Assembly: GCF_018977255.1 (NCBI RefSeq)
Contig: NW_024704743.1
Coordinates: 86,926,001 to 86,990,000 of the forward strand
Origin: Callorhinchus milii
Lineage: Eukaryota
Length of the DNA stretch: 64,000 bases
Reading direction: 5' to 3'
Part shown: in pieces, positions 14,161-28,433 of the stretch
How the letters are laid out: every line of letters starts with the position of its first letter
Position numbering within the stretch: position 1 is the first letter of the stretch
The notes under the pieces: model-generated
Database searches by the model: none
What the model saw: only the letters and a program-made list of their open reading frames with translations
What the model was told of the DNA's origin: nothing
Translations under genes and position numbers: made by a program

Positions 14161-15224
14161 CTCTCCACCCCTCTTGATTCTAACCCCCAGCTCAAGTGCA
14201 CACCTTTAACTATCCAGCAATTTGAGCTGTTTTGACACCTGCACTTGTCAATACAGAGTTGCTGTGGAACCATAGGCTCTCACATTCCTCTCTCAGTTCC
14301 TTCTTTCATATTAGCATATAAATAAATGCTCTCTTTCCGAGTCAACAAGCTAAAATATTGATATGTTTTCATCAGGTGCAGTTATATGTATGTGGTTCGG
14401 GAATAATCCACCACTTTCTTCCTGTACGTAAACCCTGAAGCACTCTCACCAACAAAGTCTGGTTCATGCCTTAAACGAACCTGGTATGGGACTGGAGACT
14501 TCAATGGGTTTGGTTTCTGCTTTCCATAGAATCAAAATGATATATTTTGGTCAAGCTTCTTTTTGGAGCACGTTTACAATCTTAATGCATCTAGTTCATG
14601 CGCCTCACTGAACTCTGAATATATAAGTGTGGACATGCTGATTACTTAGAATAGAGTTTCACAGCAAAGACAATTCTATAGCATTTGTATCACTGAAGTT
14701 AACAGCAGAGATCTGCAAGACTTGGCAAATCCATGTATTCTGTCTCTCTACAAACAAATAAAAGGTTAGGATCATTCAAATGAACATGTGAATAGTCAGT
14801 CCTGAGTAAACAGTTTCAGAAGTCTTGAACAACATTTCAAACTCTTACTAAAAAAGGTTTTGCAGAATCCAACTCCTTTGAAAAGGTCCTCAAGTGAAAT
14901 AATAAGAATGATTTTTTAAATTAACGCTCCAACAAAAATGAAAAGTAAAAGGATAGTACAACTAATTGCATTTATCGAGTGCCCTCTACATAGGCTAATG
15001 TCTTGGAGCACTTCATAGAGACGGGATCAAATGCAAAGCAAGGGAACGGGGAGGAGACATAGCCTTCTCTGGTATATTGCTGGATCAGGATGCAGATTCT
15101 AAAAAAAATCTTAAATTTACTAAATTTAAGAATTGTCTACAACTTGGCGTAATCTTAACATGATCCTTCTGGCCAAAACACAGTGAAAATACACAGTCAC
15201 TACATTTTACAGTAAATCCTGTTA

Positions 15225-15485
15225 AGGGGAGGAGATGGAGGGGTATAGGGGAGTAGAAGCTGAAGGTCAAAGTGCAGTATGGAGGGGCCATGCACAGCAT
15301 TGGGATGTGCAGCACACCTGAATCAGCCAAGCAGGGTGTGGGGAAGGAGAGGATCACAGGGAAGTGTGAGGGTGAAACGATTATAGGCGAGAGTAAGGAC
15401 CTTGAAATCGATCTGTTGAGAGACAGGGAGCTAGTGCAGCCTGGCGAGGACTGGAGTGATGGACGTGCGGAGTTTGGTGCCATAA
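15225..15485 (-). mobile_element. L2 LINE fragment
   Basis: gagagtaaggaccttgaaatcgatc...gggagctagtgcagcctggcgagg...gcggagtttggtgc is homologous to 26690-26785. Confidence 0.7.
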
Positions 15486-17402
15486 AGTGAATGACCAATT
15501 TTGTTATCTGGCCAGCTGTAAGCCAAGACACCAGGAGAAACTCCCTTCTGTTCTCAAGAAAAAAACAGACTGCTTATGGAGATCAATTATTTCATTAAAC
15601 ATTTTTTTGTAACTGTTGCATACAGCATTGAATAGCCTATTGTTTCTCTTAGTTGCCTGGAAGTCTGATTCTCTGCTATAGTTTTCAAGCGTTCAGGGCT
15701 CATATTCAGAATAGACTGAATGGCAGATAACATCTGGAACTACAAATAACAAAAAAAAGGAGAGCAAAGTCTGACGGAGCTTGCAACAGACTGATCCTTT
15801 ATGGATCAGCTAAATCTTTTCTACTTTTTAATTAAAAGTAAAGAAAATGGAAGTTAATTATCCCGTAAAGATTAGCTAGTGGGCATGTTTCTGTAAATTA
15901 CTTCTAATTAAAAGCAAATTGTGAAATGACATTCAAACCACTGAACGCTGTCCTTTTGAACACTGCATGTCTCGTGCTGATTTCTTTTACTGTAAAATTT
16001 GAATGTGCCTAACTGGAGTATGCCAGGTTTCTGTAAAAAAAATTCTAGTATACACTAATAATGTGAGGCTTGACAGTGCTTAAGAATCGAATAACTTTCC
16101 CATTTAACACAATCAGTTTTTTCAATACACAGACAGTCTCTCATCTGATCCTCTTGAATTTGTTCTCTCCCTCCCTTCCAGTGCAGAGTTCTAATATGGC
16201 TGCAGAACAGTGTATATCTTCCAGTTATACATCCGGTAAAGTATATAAAGGACATGAGTGTTCCCAACTCACCATTTTCTACAAGTGCAGCTCAGATGAT
16301 TGAGCTCCATCCTGGTGCGGCAAGCAATTTAGCATAACTATTTTTTTTCTCAAGATGTTCAGTTAAAACAACAATAATTATAATTCCACTATTGGCCGTA
16401 GCACAAAACTAACAACAGATTAATTGAACTCTGTGAGCACCTTCAAACATTGTCAAGTTAAACACATGCATGTGGCAAAAGATGATGGTGGTCTCAGATG
16501 AAGAGGGCACAACAGTACTGAGGCCGCAAAATCTGCCATTTTAGTTTCAGTTTAATGAAAACCCTCAACCTTTCCTCTTGACCTTTTAATACACTGTGAC
16601 CAGAAGAGGAAACCCGGTTGTATCTCAAAGCACTATTCACACAGACAGCATCTGAAATGGATTCTCCCAATATACAACAAGTGTGTTGTTTTAGGCTAGA
16701 TTTCCTGTGATCATCTATTCTATCATTAGAATATAATTCCCTTTCCTTTCAAAAGTAATATTATCCCTTGCCCTTCCTATTCATGACTTGGGCTCATTTC
16801 CTGCTACCACCAGCTCTGAATGCTCAGGTTCCTCTAAGAGATACATTTGCTGGATATTCAAACCAGCAGTATGCCCTTGTGCCATACAGCCATAAACAGC
16901 AGCCTGGGAGTCTAAATAATATTAATAATAATCCTTGCATTTGATATGGTGCCTTATCATGTCATTGAGATCTACATCACCAGTACTCATGTGTTGAGCC
17001 CGCAAAAGGTTTCAACAAAATCTAATATAGTCAAGCTTTTGTTTTTTTTTCTCAAATTTACTTTATGGCTTCCATTTACTTCACTGCGTCTTAAACCATT
17101 AGGAAATGAATCATTCCCAATGGTATTGTAGCCTGACCTTGTATTATATTGCGTTGTGACGTCCTCCCGACCTGAAAGGCACTTTACAAATGTTATTTGG
17201 GATTTTGCCGATACCTTGGTGATTTAGCAGTAGTGATGAGTGGTTGTGAGACCAAGACACAACCTCTCAGACCCCATCACAATGTAATCTCACAGTCTAC
17301 CAGTATAGTTAGAAGACTGGAAATCTGGCATCTATTCTTCCCCTTCCCCATTCTAAATCAAATGGAATAATCTCCAAAGTATTTACATTGTACAACTCCA
17401 TG

Positions 17403-17770
17403 TGGAGTCCTGTAGAGTATTAGTTAGAGCTTCACAACTGAGAGGACCCGTGTTCGATTCCTGGGCGGTCCAAAATGTTAGGCAAGTTTCCTTACTCCAC
17501 ACAACTCTGTTGACGTAGCAATAAGTAGGAACCCAGTTGTTAGTCGATTGGCAGATCGCTTTCTGGGGGTTAATAATCCCTTCAAAATAATAATAATAAT
17601 TTGGTCACTCAATCCACGATTGCTTGTGGGACACTGCTGTGCACAATTGCTGCTACATTTCGTCCACAAAATATACAGTCAATTCACTTTACAGTATATT
17701 CTATGAAGCGCTTTGAGAAGTTTCAATGATGTGATAAGGCACTATATTAAATACAAGGATTATACTATTA
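17403..17770 (+). mobile_element. tRNA-derived SINE with L2-like tail (family B, no Deu core)
   Basis: ggagtcctgtag...gttagagc...gttcgattcctggg head, ggcaagtttccttactccacac body, and tail aagcgctttgag...aaatacaaggattat; homologous to 19714 and 61719. Confidence 0.8.
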
Positions 17771-19713
17771 TGAAAGGTGACACCTATGGAAGCTGTTCTC
17801 TTAAAATGTAACACAAGCCTGGTTTCCTTTCAAGTCAAGCACTTTGAGAAGTCTAGAAGACGTGAAAATCGCTACATCAAATGCAAGGATTATTATAGCT
17901 ATTTATTTTGTTGTGATAAAACAACATTGGCAACAATAGAATTACAACAGGAAATAGTTATGGTTTGAGATGTTCTGATCAGTGAGAAGGTCATTGTTTA
18001 CACGTTTCCAATACCAGTGTCTAATACAATACAATTTACACTTATATAGCGCCCTTCACATGGGAGGGGCAGGGTGGGGTGGGCTGGTGGTGGGATGTCC
18101 CAAAGCATTTGATAGTTCTGGCACCACAGCTGAGGGTGGGAGCTGACTCAGGTGTAGGGGAAATATGACCAAAACCACAGTCAAAGAGGTACATTTTGAA
18201 ATGTACCTTGAATTGCCACCACCCTTTGTGGTACTAAACTCGAGTGGGGGATGGTGATGATGCCATGGAGCATTTAGCAAAAAACAACAAAGCTGATTAA
18301 ACTGGCAGAAGAGGGAGGTCTACGTTCAAGGTTAGAGTTGGGGTTGGTGATTACTCCAAGTGACCATATGAAATTTCTGTATGTTTAGGAGACATCCCCT
18401 CACCCACCTTCCAAACCACCTGCAAATCCAGATCTGAACTACCAGTAGGGGAATAAACTCTTTGTCAAACCAAGAAAGAACACAGCTATATATTTTCTTC
18501 CTGTCCTGCAGTAATTGTCATCACGCTTTCTGGTGAGCAGCAAAAGAAATGGAAGGTTCTGGAAATCTGATTGGCAACTATTTTAACAATAGCAATCTCC
18601 GGTACAGAGCCAAAAAATGTCATATAGTGTATCAATCTGGCTGATACCAGGTCGAACATACTCATCAATGCTAAAACCTCTGGAACCATTGGAAACATTA
18701 TACAAAGAGTTTGATAAATACTGACTATAACACCCTTTTAGTGAAGGATCAAAGAAGTTTCCATTGCATTCTCGTTCTGGGTAGACATTCCTGCAAAACT
18801 CAATAGGCGCAGTGCAGATGTCAAAGATGGAGTTTATCTCTGAGATGGGTTACTTTCAAAACTACCCAGCTACTCAGCCACCATATTGGGGACAGCGGTG
18901 GCAATATTCTGCATATGGCACTGTAGATCCATTGGTCTCATTTTAAGTGGATCCACCTTGAATCACTTCTTCGCTCTGTGAATGCTCCAGTGAATATGCT
19001 CCAGTGTAATATGTAATGCAGCGGTACTCTCGAATGCAGATGTTAACAATAACATTTGGCTAATTCTCCCTATTTGTTAGTAATTTTAGACCTTTGAGGT
19101 AAGCGTATCCGATTATCTAATGGTCAGAAGCTATACAAATACTCAGATCACGATCCCAAGCAGCAAAATACCATGTTCCTTTATGGGGTTCTAATATGCA
19201 ACGATTTCTAACGAGATTCCTTAATAAGGAAAAAAAAGTATGTCATGCCGACTCACAGGAATTCCATTCTAGCATATTCTACGTTTGGAGCAGAGTTCTC
19301 ATGGGTCCACATGACGTAGTTCTGATTACTGGAAAGAGACCCCACTCATTGTCTTTATGAAGAATTGCTGTATGTCAGATTCCAATAATATATACTTCAG
19401 AGAATAAGCCTCTCCAATTATTTACAGAAATTCTGATAGGGAGCTTTGCCCTGTGATTATAGGGGAAGAATTCTCTTTAATATGCCTGTTATTCTATTGT
19501 TCATACAAAAATCCCTTCTTAGCTGATTGTACATCCTACTCTACAGTAAATAGTTAAACACTTCGAAGAAACATGGTGCATTGACGCTTATATTGGTCAG
19601 AAAAACTATGGTTTCATCTCCACAGAAATGTACCTTAATGTTTACAACAATAAATACATTAGACATAATTTTATATAAAAATGCAGTGAATTTAGGAACT
19701 ACTATAACAATGT

Positions 19714-20099
19714 GGAGTCCTGTAGCATAGTGGTTAGAGCACTCGCCTTGCAAGTGAGAACACCAGGGTTTGATTCCTAGGCAGGGCGAAACATTGGCCA
19801 AGTTAGCTTCGCCACACTCCTCTGTTTACCTCGCAGGAAGTAGAAACCCAGTTGTTAGTCGGTTGGTGGATCATTTTTCCGGGGTAACAATCCTTTCAAA
19901 GAATATATTTTTAAAAATAATTTTAATTTGGTCACTAAATCTACGACTGTTTGTGGGACACTGCTGTGTGCAATTGTTGCCGCATTAGGCTCACAAATGA
20001 AACAGTCAATTCACTTTACAAGATATTCTGTGAAGCGCTTTGAAATGTCTAGAAAACGTGATAAGGAGCTATATCAAATGCAAGGATTATTATTATTAT
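19714..20099 (+). mobile_element. tRNA(Ala-like)-derived SINE, family B, full length
   Basis: ggagtcctgtagcatagtggttagagcactcgccttgcaag...gggtttgattcc (A box, TGC anticodon-like loop, B box), ending gctatatcaaatgcaagg(att)n. Confidence 0.85.
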
Positions 20100-20899
20100 A
20101 CATACATGACCTTTAAACCTGTAAAGAGCCTGGTTTGTCAAGGGTAATATTTTTAAAAATATAATACGATGCAATATTATTTCATAATTCAGATGTTTGT
20201 CCTGTATAAAACTGAGTTTTGTATAATACAGCATTTTTGGAAGGGAGAATAATAATTGAGTGCATATCTTAGATCTCTACAAAATAAAGTGTACTATTAT
20301 AGAATATATACAAGAGTGTTAGATGTAATAATAATCCTTGCATTTGATATAGCACCTTATTATGTCTTCAAGACGTTTCAAAGCGCTTCACAAAATACAC
20401 TGTAAAATGAATTAACTGTGTATTTTGTGGGCGAAATGTATGCCAAGCAAAGAGGATCAAACAAGTCTTAAAACTTTTAAGATTAGAGAGTCTTGTGACA
20501 CAACACATTGACCAGTATTATACTGGTGTAACATATAATATATATATATGTATATATAGTATACATACATAATATATATTATATATAGATATATTGTACA
20601 TAAGGAACATAGGAAATCAGGAACAGAAGAGACCATTCAGCCCATCCAACCTGATCCACAAGGTTACTGTAGACATGCAGTACAGAACACGTTGTACAAT
20701 AGATTCAGATAAATGGAGATTTTGTCAATAAGTTGCATAATGGAAAGAGTGCATTAGGTAGTTTATGTATAGCCATGTTAGACCTGTGTAAAGCAGAGTA
20801 CTACTCCACAACAGATTATGGTTTAGGTAACCCTAATCCTAATTAAATCCGCAACTAACGTTTTCAAATAATAAGAAAGAAAAACTTTAGTCAGTTTAT

Positions 20900-21270
20900 C
20901 ACCTTGAAATGTCTCTAAGCACTTCACAGGTAATTGTATTGAGTGTAGTGACTGTGCTTGTAGGCGAAATGCGGCAGCCAATTGCACCAACAAGATCCTT
21001 TCGGCATGAGTGAATACAACATTTGGAGCATGAACTGGAGCATATTTGGTCAGGATACTAGGGAAACTCCCTCTCGTTTAGAACACTGTTAAGAGGTCTT
21101 TAGCGTCCATCTGAGTTTTATGCCTTAACAAAAGATGACACCGCTGACAGCGCAATATTTCCTCATTACTGCACTCCAGTGTCAGCCTAGGCTACAACAA
21201 GTCCCTGTGGAGCTTGACCCCACAGCATTGTGGATCAGTGGTGTGAGTGCTACCAACTGAGCTGAGCTAA
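20900..21270 (-). mobile_element. Deu-domain SINE
   Basis: Same head, core and tail blocks as 5040-5451 (gagtgctaccaactgagc; cattactgcactccagtgtcagcc). Confidence 0.7.
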
Positions 21271-21959
21271 TACCAAATATAACATTTACACAGAACGATG
21301 CCTCTTTCTGAATATATACTTAAAATACATAGGAGTATTACAAAGTATTTTGGTCTGTGACAAATAAGGGGTTTTATACCTATACAAAATCAAGTTTGAG
21401 TTAAATCCCTTAATATTATGATTATCATGTAAGCAGGACTGTTGGATCTCTACGTTATTATAGACTGGAGTATTAGACCTCTCCAGCTGAGTATTACAAC
21501 ACACTGATGTGTTAGGCACGTGTAAGCCATTATTGTACCGGAGTGTTAGATCCCTGTAAAACAATATTAAATCATCTAATCTAATGGCATCTAATCTATG
21601 ATATTCACAAAAAAGATTTGTAAACAGTGAATCCCAATGTCCTCGCTGTCCCTCTGGATCTCCATTCGCACAGTCTCTTTAGTCTTCTGTGAAACTGACA
21701 TCTGAGATGGTCATCCGTCAAACATTCAGGATTTGTTACTTTAATATCCATTTGGGAATATTGTGAATTAGATCCCAAAATACATAGGCAGCATTCAGCC
21801 TGTGTGGGACAGTCTTGAATAGCAGAGTGCCGAGAAATCGGTGAAACAGGGTATCGCAGAATGTTACAGTGTAAATAAAGAGAGACTGTTCGGATCAGTG
21901 TGTTTGCTGTGGTATTTTACTCAATGAGCCACTTTATCTAACTGCACTCTTCAGTTCAC

Positions 21960-22330
21960 TCCTCATACCCTTTAATAATTCTTCTTTTTTCAAGCATCTA
22001 ATTCAGTTTTTAAATAATTTATTGACTTTTTCTCAACAATATTTTGAACAAAAGATTCCACATTCTATCACCTTCTGTGTAAACATTTTTTTTCTAATTT
22101 CTACTTGAATTACCTAATTGTGTTACCGACTAGCAGAAATAATCTATTACTATTTACTCTATCATAACTCTTCATAATCTTGAAGACTTCTACCAGGTAC
22201 CCCATAACCTTCTCAGCTCAGTGAAAAAAGCCATAACATCTTGGCTGTATTCATAACTGAAATCCTTGATTCCTGGTAACATCCAAGTAAATCTATTCTG
22301 CATCTTTTCCATTTCTTGAATCAGGTGTCT
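21960..22330 (-). mobile_element. CR1 LINE 3' fragment
   Basis: ORF 22190-22390(-) EKMQNRFTWMLPGIKDFSYE...RRLWG resembles the CR1 ORF2 C-terminal ERVQRRFTRMLPG...YEERL...RRLRGD. Confidence 0.8.
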
Positions 22331-23349
22331 GCCTGGCTCACTTGGTATCACTTTTCCTCTGAGGAATTTCAAAAGGTAACGAAGACTCAACTTATTTTCT
22401 TTTTAAATATTCACATACTGAAAATTAAACAATTAGATTAAAAACACTTGATGGTATAAATCTTTTGAAACCAATCCATATCAATATGTAACGATTGGTA
22501 CATAAAGGTTGAAACAAGTTTACTCAATAAATATGAAAGAAAGACTGTACTACTTATATGATAGGTTGACACTGTGGGTTTGTCAAATTCATGTGATGGC
22601 AAAATCTTGTTGAAACTCACATTCTGTTTATGTCATAATCACAAGCTTTTTCAAAGCATCATCTGTAGAGAATACAGAGGCTATACTGTGGGGAACAGTG
22701 GGCTCTGTAATTTAATATGTAGGAATAAAACCTAATGCTTGCGTGACTGAAGATTTTTCTGTGAAGATGAAAACAACCCAGTATCTCCCCATTTCGCTTC
22801 ACTCAATAACAGTGATGTCCCCTGATGTCCAGTTAGCAGCCCATTAATGAGTTATAATAATTTCAAAGTGATGGTTTGCAGAGAGAGTGAATCATAATAT
22901 CAAACTGTAACAAGACATTTAAAACGTTCCAATGCAACGGCACATTGGAATAATGGTACTTTTAGGCAATAAGGTCTGAAACTATGTTCTAGTTGGCTCC
23001 ATATTTGTAGTGATGCCCTTTTTTTCCTGTCAACAAAGAGTACAATACAGGCATTTCATTCAAGGAAACACAAATAAATAAAATGCATAGCTGGCAGGAA
23101 AAGTCTGGAAATGATCTGGGTGGATTGAAAAATGGGACAATTTTCTCATTTACTCTTTTTACGTTTGGAGAAAGAGAAATCCACAAGCTTTCTGATGCCC
23201 GTAGAAAGTTCTTGATCCTTTACCATTGTGATTACACAGTCATAACGTTAACACATCTTAACTGTTTAATCACTTCAGTGACATGTTCGTTCAGTATAAG
23301 GCCATTGTGCGGCCTGGGGTTTCAGTTGCTCAGATCAAAATGAACTGTT

Positions 23350-23530
23350 TAATAATAATAATAATCCTTGCATTTGATATAGCACCTTATCACGTCTTTG
23401 AGATGTGTCAAAGCACTTCACAGAATATACGATAAAGTGAATTGACTGTATATTTTGTGGGCGAAGCGCGGCAGCCAATTACGCACAGCAGTGTCCCACA
23501 ACAGTCGTGGATTGAGTGATCACATTTTTT
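23350..23530 (-). mobile_element. 5'-truncated family-B SINE tail (similar tails at ~9640, 11870, 16925, 20325, 25810, 48820)
   Basis: (aat)n ccttgcatttgatatagcaccttatcacgtc...cacttcacagaatatac...gtgggcgaagcgcggcagcc is the reverse complement of 61880-62040. Confidence 0.8.
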
Positions 23531-25409
23531 TTTAGAATCCTGGGTGTGCAGTGGGTTAGACTTATCAGGATTATTCCTCACTGGATACTACATAACGTCA
23601 TCGGAGACTAAGATACATGTGTCCGTTAAGGTTGGTATATATAATGGGAGAAATCACTGCTATAATGTCTTTGAACTGCAGATAGGTGCAGGAAAGCTCT
23701 CCGACATGAAAAATGACCGTCTATAATAAAATTATGATGTTTTCCTTTGAAATTCTGACTTACAGGATTGCTGAACTTCATCACCCCCACTCAAACACCT
23801 ACATCCTACAATAAATATGTATAAGTTCTGTTAGCATGGTGAACTGCAGGCATTAAAAACATTAAAGGAAATGGAGGGGGGCTTAGGAGCTGAAAAATGG
23901 GATGAATCTAAACAAAAGACTGATTGATTGTGAAAAACAGATAGCAGTGGCACAGAAACGAAGGGCCGAATGGACCCCTTCTGTGAAAATTGTTATGTTT
24001 GCACATAATATATACAAGCATGCTTTCCTCCAGGGACGAGGTGCTAGTTTTGCCAATTAGATTGTTTCTGATGGTAAACAGTTTTGGTTCAGTTCAATTT
24101 ATTTTGGTGACAAGTACAAAATCTGCCCAGTTAGTTCGAGTCTGACAGCAAGACTTTGAACAGAAACAGGCATCAAGCACCTCCCTTTTGAAACTATAAC
24201 AGCCACAGTGCAAGATGCCAAGTGTCTCCCAGGCAAATAAAAATGGTTTACAATGGGTAAGCCAGCCATTAGAAATGCTCTTTGCTAAAACACTTCAATA
24301 ATAATTTCTAAAATCTCAAACTGTCCAAATATCAATCAGTCTTTTAGCCAAGTCTCTCTACCTTATCTGAGCACATACATTTTATCAGAGGCTGGGCATT
24401 TTGATTTGCTATACTGGCAGGTCACCTAAAAGAAAACATTAATTGAGTCTCCTGAATATAATGTTAAATCATCCTGTGCTTACAAGGCCATTAGGCTTTC
24501 CAGCATTTTGCAGACTTTTCAACCATGCCGACTCCTGCGATTTTTCATGGATGTAGAAAAAAAATCTACTGACCTGCTGCCCAGCTCATTTTTCACGAGT
24601 TGTCTACTCCCGACTGAAACCCATTTTAAACCTTTTAGACAGAACTAGGTGCAGAACTTTGGGCATTAATACTGTTATGCATACAGGGATATGGACATTT
24701 TAAATTGTAATGGATTTTAACTGAATGTTGGTCACAGCATTTGTTTATTTAAATACATGAAGCTCCTGATTTTTTGAGCAGGGCAAGACTCAAAGGTCAT
24801 GTAATGAGGGTTATACTGTGCTGGCAAACACATTTTTTCACATATATTCTCATCTTTAACATACAAGAACACTATAATTATAGCGAGGGTAAAGGGTACT
24901 AAGTGTTCTAAATGAAACGCGGTTGAACAATCCTGTTCTCAGTGACATAAGATCACAGCACACAACTGACCACAATTCAGCATTAAATCATATTCAAAAA
25001 TATGGCAATGGGCAAAAGGTCAGATGTTTGAAAATAGAAATGCCACACTGGGGTAGAGGAGCTTCTCTGCTGAGTTTTTGGATTAAAATGAACAGATCTT
25101 GTTCTACTTCCTGGGCAACCCCTTATTTTATTTGTTTGCAAACCTAATACAGCACGAATTACATCAAAACACCTCACTTGTCATCTTGGCAAGAAAACAT
25201 TTTCTCATTCCCACAGATAGAAAAGGTTTGCCGATGGTTGTGTGGCGAAGACAAAGGACTTGTTAAGCACTCGTTGATGTTCAGCAAGTGCTATGCCCTT
25301 TTACTCGTTACATTTCAGAAATTGTCCCTGGGCAGCTTATGCAATTAACCGCAATTTTAAGCATGATACTAAATATTTCAAGTAAAATAAGAGCAATAAA
25401 ACGTGGGCG

Positions 25410-25805
25410 TTATTTTGGCTCAGTTGATAACAATCTTATAACTGGGTCAGAAGATTGTGAGTTCAAGCCTAAGTCAGGTCTTGAGATCATATTTGAGGCT
25501 GATACACGAGTGTAGTACTGGTGGAATGCTGAACTGATGGAGGTGCAGACTTTCACATAAGATAATAAATGAAGTCCCTTCTGTCTGGATGTTACAGTTC
25601 CCATGGCACAATTCCAAAAACGAAGGGAGTTTCTCTCAATGTCCTGGCCAACATTCCTCGAGAATTGATTATTTACCTTATGGTTGTCTGTGGGACCTGC
25701 CTGACACAAATGGTTGCCACATTTGCCTACAAAAAATGTCATTCCTTGTGAAGTGCTTTGAGACATATTGATGTGATAAAGCGTTATAAAAATGCAAGTT
25801 CTTTA
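25410..25805 (+). mobile_element. Deu-domain SINE
   Basis: ttggctcagttgataac...gtcagaagattgtgagttcaag head; cccatggcacaattcc...gggagtttctctcaatgtcctggccaac core; tail gtgaagtgctttgagac...aaatgcaag. Confidence 0.8.
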
Positions 25806-26303
25806 TTCATTTGCATTTGATAATAGAACCCTATCATGACAAAGCACCTCAAAGTGCTTCACGACACAATGAGTTACTTTGATGTGTAGTAAGGGTTATG
25901 CAGGCAAACAAAGCATCTGATCTGTGCCTACAATGTTAATCTTTTTGATGGTTCAATTAGATACTTGAATATTGGTCAGGACAATGGAACTTCCTGCTTT
26001 TTTCATAATGCTGGCATAGCATATTTAACATCCATTCAAACCACCAGAACAGAGAAGAGATAGTAGTCTAATGTCTCATTTTAATGTCTCAATCTCCTTT
26101 TTTTTTAAAAATGGCTTTGAGTTATTTACAAGTCCTCATGGATAAATGTGCGAGATTTATGAAAGAGAAAAGTAGGGCTCAAACTGTAGGAATGTACTTG
26201 AGATATTGAGTGCTTATTGCATAATTTTAATGAAGAGAGTAAGGGAATGTAGCTAACCTTTTCTATTAATGACTGGAAATGTTTCCAGGAGGGTGGGTGA
26301 GAT

Positions 26304-27026
26304 CAACAACAACAAGATTACATTTGTATAGCGCCTTCCACGTCGGGAGGACGTCCCAAGGCCCTGGACAGTGTACAGCATTTCAGGCCCGAGCTGGGGT
26401 CAAGGGGGAGAAGGGAGGAGAGGGGAAGGTGGGGTGGCCAATGGCATGGTCAAAGAGGAAGGTTTTGAGACAGGACTTGAAGGAAGCTAAGGAGGGGCCG
26501 AGGCGGAATGATTGGGTGATGGAGTTCCAGAGGTTGGGGACAGAGTGGCTGAAGGCTCTCCCGCCAATAGTGGGGTGGGTGAGTTGTGGAACAGGCTGGA
26601 GCCGGCTGCGTGGAGGGAACGGGCGGGTTGGTAGGGGGTTAGGAGGTCACAGAGATAGGATAGGACGAGACCATTGAGGGCTTTGTAGGTGAGGACCAGG
26701 ATTTTGAACTGGATCCTCTGAAGGATAGGGAGCCAGTGGAGTCGGGCGAGAGTGGGGGAGATGGGGTCACGGAGTTTGGTGCGGGAGAGGGCACGGGCTG
26801 CAGAGTTCTGGATTATCTGCAGCCTGTGGAGGGAGGAGTTGGGAAGGCCGACAAGCAGGGAGTTTGCATAGTCGAGCCTGGAGTTGATGAAGGCATGAAC
26901 AAGAGTTTCAGCGGCCTGAGGGGTGAGGTAGTGGCGGAGTTGGGCGATGTTACGAAAGTGAGGGAAGGCAGAGCGGGTCATGGCTTGGATGTGGGGAAGA
27001 AAAGACAGTTGAGGGTCGAACAAGAC
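26304..27026 (-). mobile_element. L2-clade LINE 3' portion (relatively well preserved copy)
   Basis: ORF 26487-27023(-) ...AAETLVHAFINSRLDYANSLLVGLP...LQIIQNSAARAL...LHWLPILQRIQFKILVLTYKAL is typical L2 ORF2 C-terminus; same (gtt)n tail as the copy at 2657. Confidence 0.92.
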
Positions 27027-27554
27027 AGGGCGCTGGATTCATTTAAAAAATTCAGCTCGATGCTGTCATCCAAGGACCGTAGGGTAGATATTCTGGAAGA
27101 ATGAGATTAAATTGGCCAAATGGCCCTCTTCACTTGAATCTCTTTCGCGATCTTGCGATCACGATCAGACCTGAGAGAGTTCAGCAGTGGGTACACAAAC
27201 TTTCCAGAACTACCAGCCCTTATTTCAATAGGAAAGAAAAATATTTTTAAATAAAACAAAATTTAGATTTTTTTATGCGGAAAGAAAGAGGTATGCTGCC
27301 TTCCATTTTCTGTGCTGAAGATTTAAACTGATGTAGTTGGACAAGTAGATAAAAAATAGTAGCAGTTAATATTGCAAGATTAATCTAGGGTGCCTTAATA
27401 CCTTACCACTAAGTAGCTCAAAATCTATATTAATAAAAGCAGGAAACATACAGCCCTCTCTCCCTTGCAATAAATTGTAAATCTGTCACTTTGGAGGAGG
27501 GGTAAATACATTTTTCTTGCCAATTACATTACTGTGTTGTACATTTTGTTTATT

Positions 27555-27820
27555 AATAGTAATCTTGCATTTGATATAGCACCTTTTCAGATCATTGAGA
27601 CATCACAAAGCACTTCACAAAATGTACTAGAAAGTGGATTGACTTTGTATTTTGTGGGCGAAATGTGGCAGGCAGTTGCACACAGCAATGTCCCACAAAC
27701 AGGCATGGAGTGAGTGACTATTTTTATCCGAAGGATTATTGGGCAGCACACTGGGAGAAACTCTCTTCTCATTTTGATTAGTGTCATGGAATCTCCAACA
27801 TCCAATTGAACAGGCAGATG
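27555..27820 (-). mobile_element. SINE 3' half (Deu-type with L2-like tail)
   Basis: atcttgcatttgatatagcacc...cacttcac...gtgggcgaaatgtggc...gggagaaactc...gtgtcatggaatc. Confidence 0.7.
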
Positions 27821-28433
27821 ATATTTAATTGTTTAACATTTAAATTAAAACAAAATAACTCCAGCTAGTAATGAATATCTACATGATATTGGCCTGCCGA
27901 TAGTGGGAAAGATAGAAGGAATGCCAGTCTCTATTCAACAAGGAAATAGCTAATCAAAGATGAAACATCCACATGCATCACCCAAGAATATCTTTCTGAA
28001 CTGGGAGTCAGCCCACAGCAACATCAGTTTACAGTATTATAATGTAGCTTCAAAGAGCCTAAAATTCCCCATTCAGGAAGAAAAATTACACATTTCTGAT
28101 GGTGTTTATGGAAGAAGTCATTGAGAATCCTACTGGTCAGAAGTATTGTTCTCTAATCTATTATACACAACATAGATTTGAAACTCCTTTCCACTAAATA
28201 TTGTCAAAGAGATGATAAAAAATAACATTTTGAAACAAAGAGTGAAATGCAACCAATTTATCCAAATCAACATTTTGTCTGTTACAACATAAGGACACTG
28301 AAAATAAACACTGAAAACTAAACCAGCCGATTTATCAAACCCAAATATACCATTATTCAAAATATTTTACCACTAGAAGAAATTGTGCCCAAATTGTCAA
28401 ACAATACATCACACTCCCAAATCAAAGCAACAA

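Noticed and set aside
21610..21700. Possible exon (minus-strand KTKETVRMEIQRDSEDIG)
   Set aside because: No FOG similarity, incompatible start for the split Arg codon, and no clear donor.
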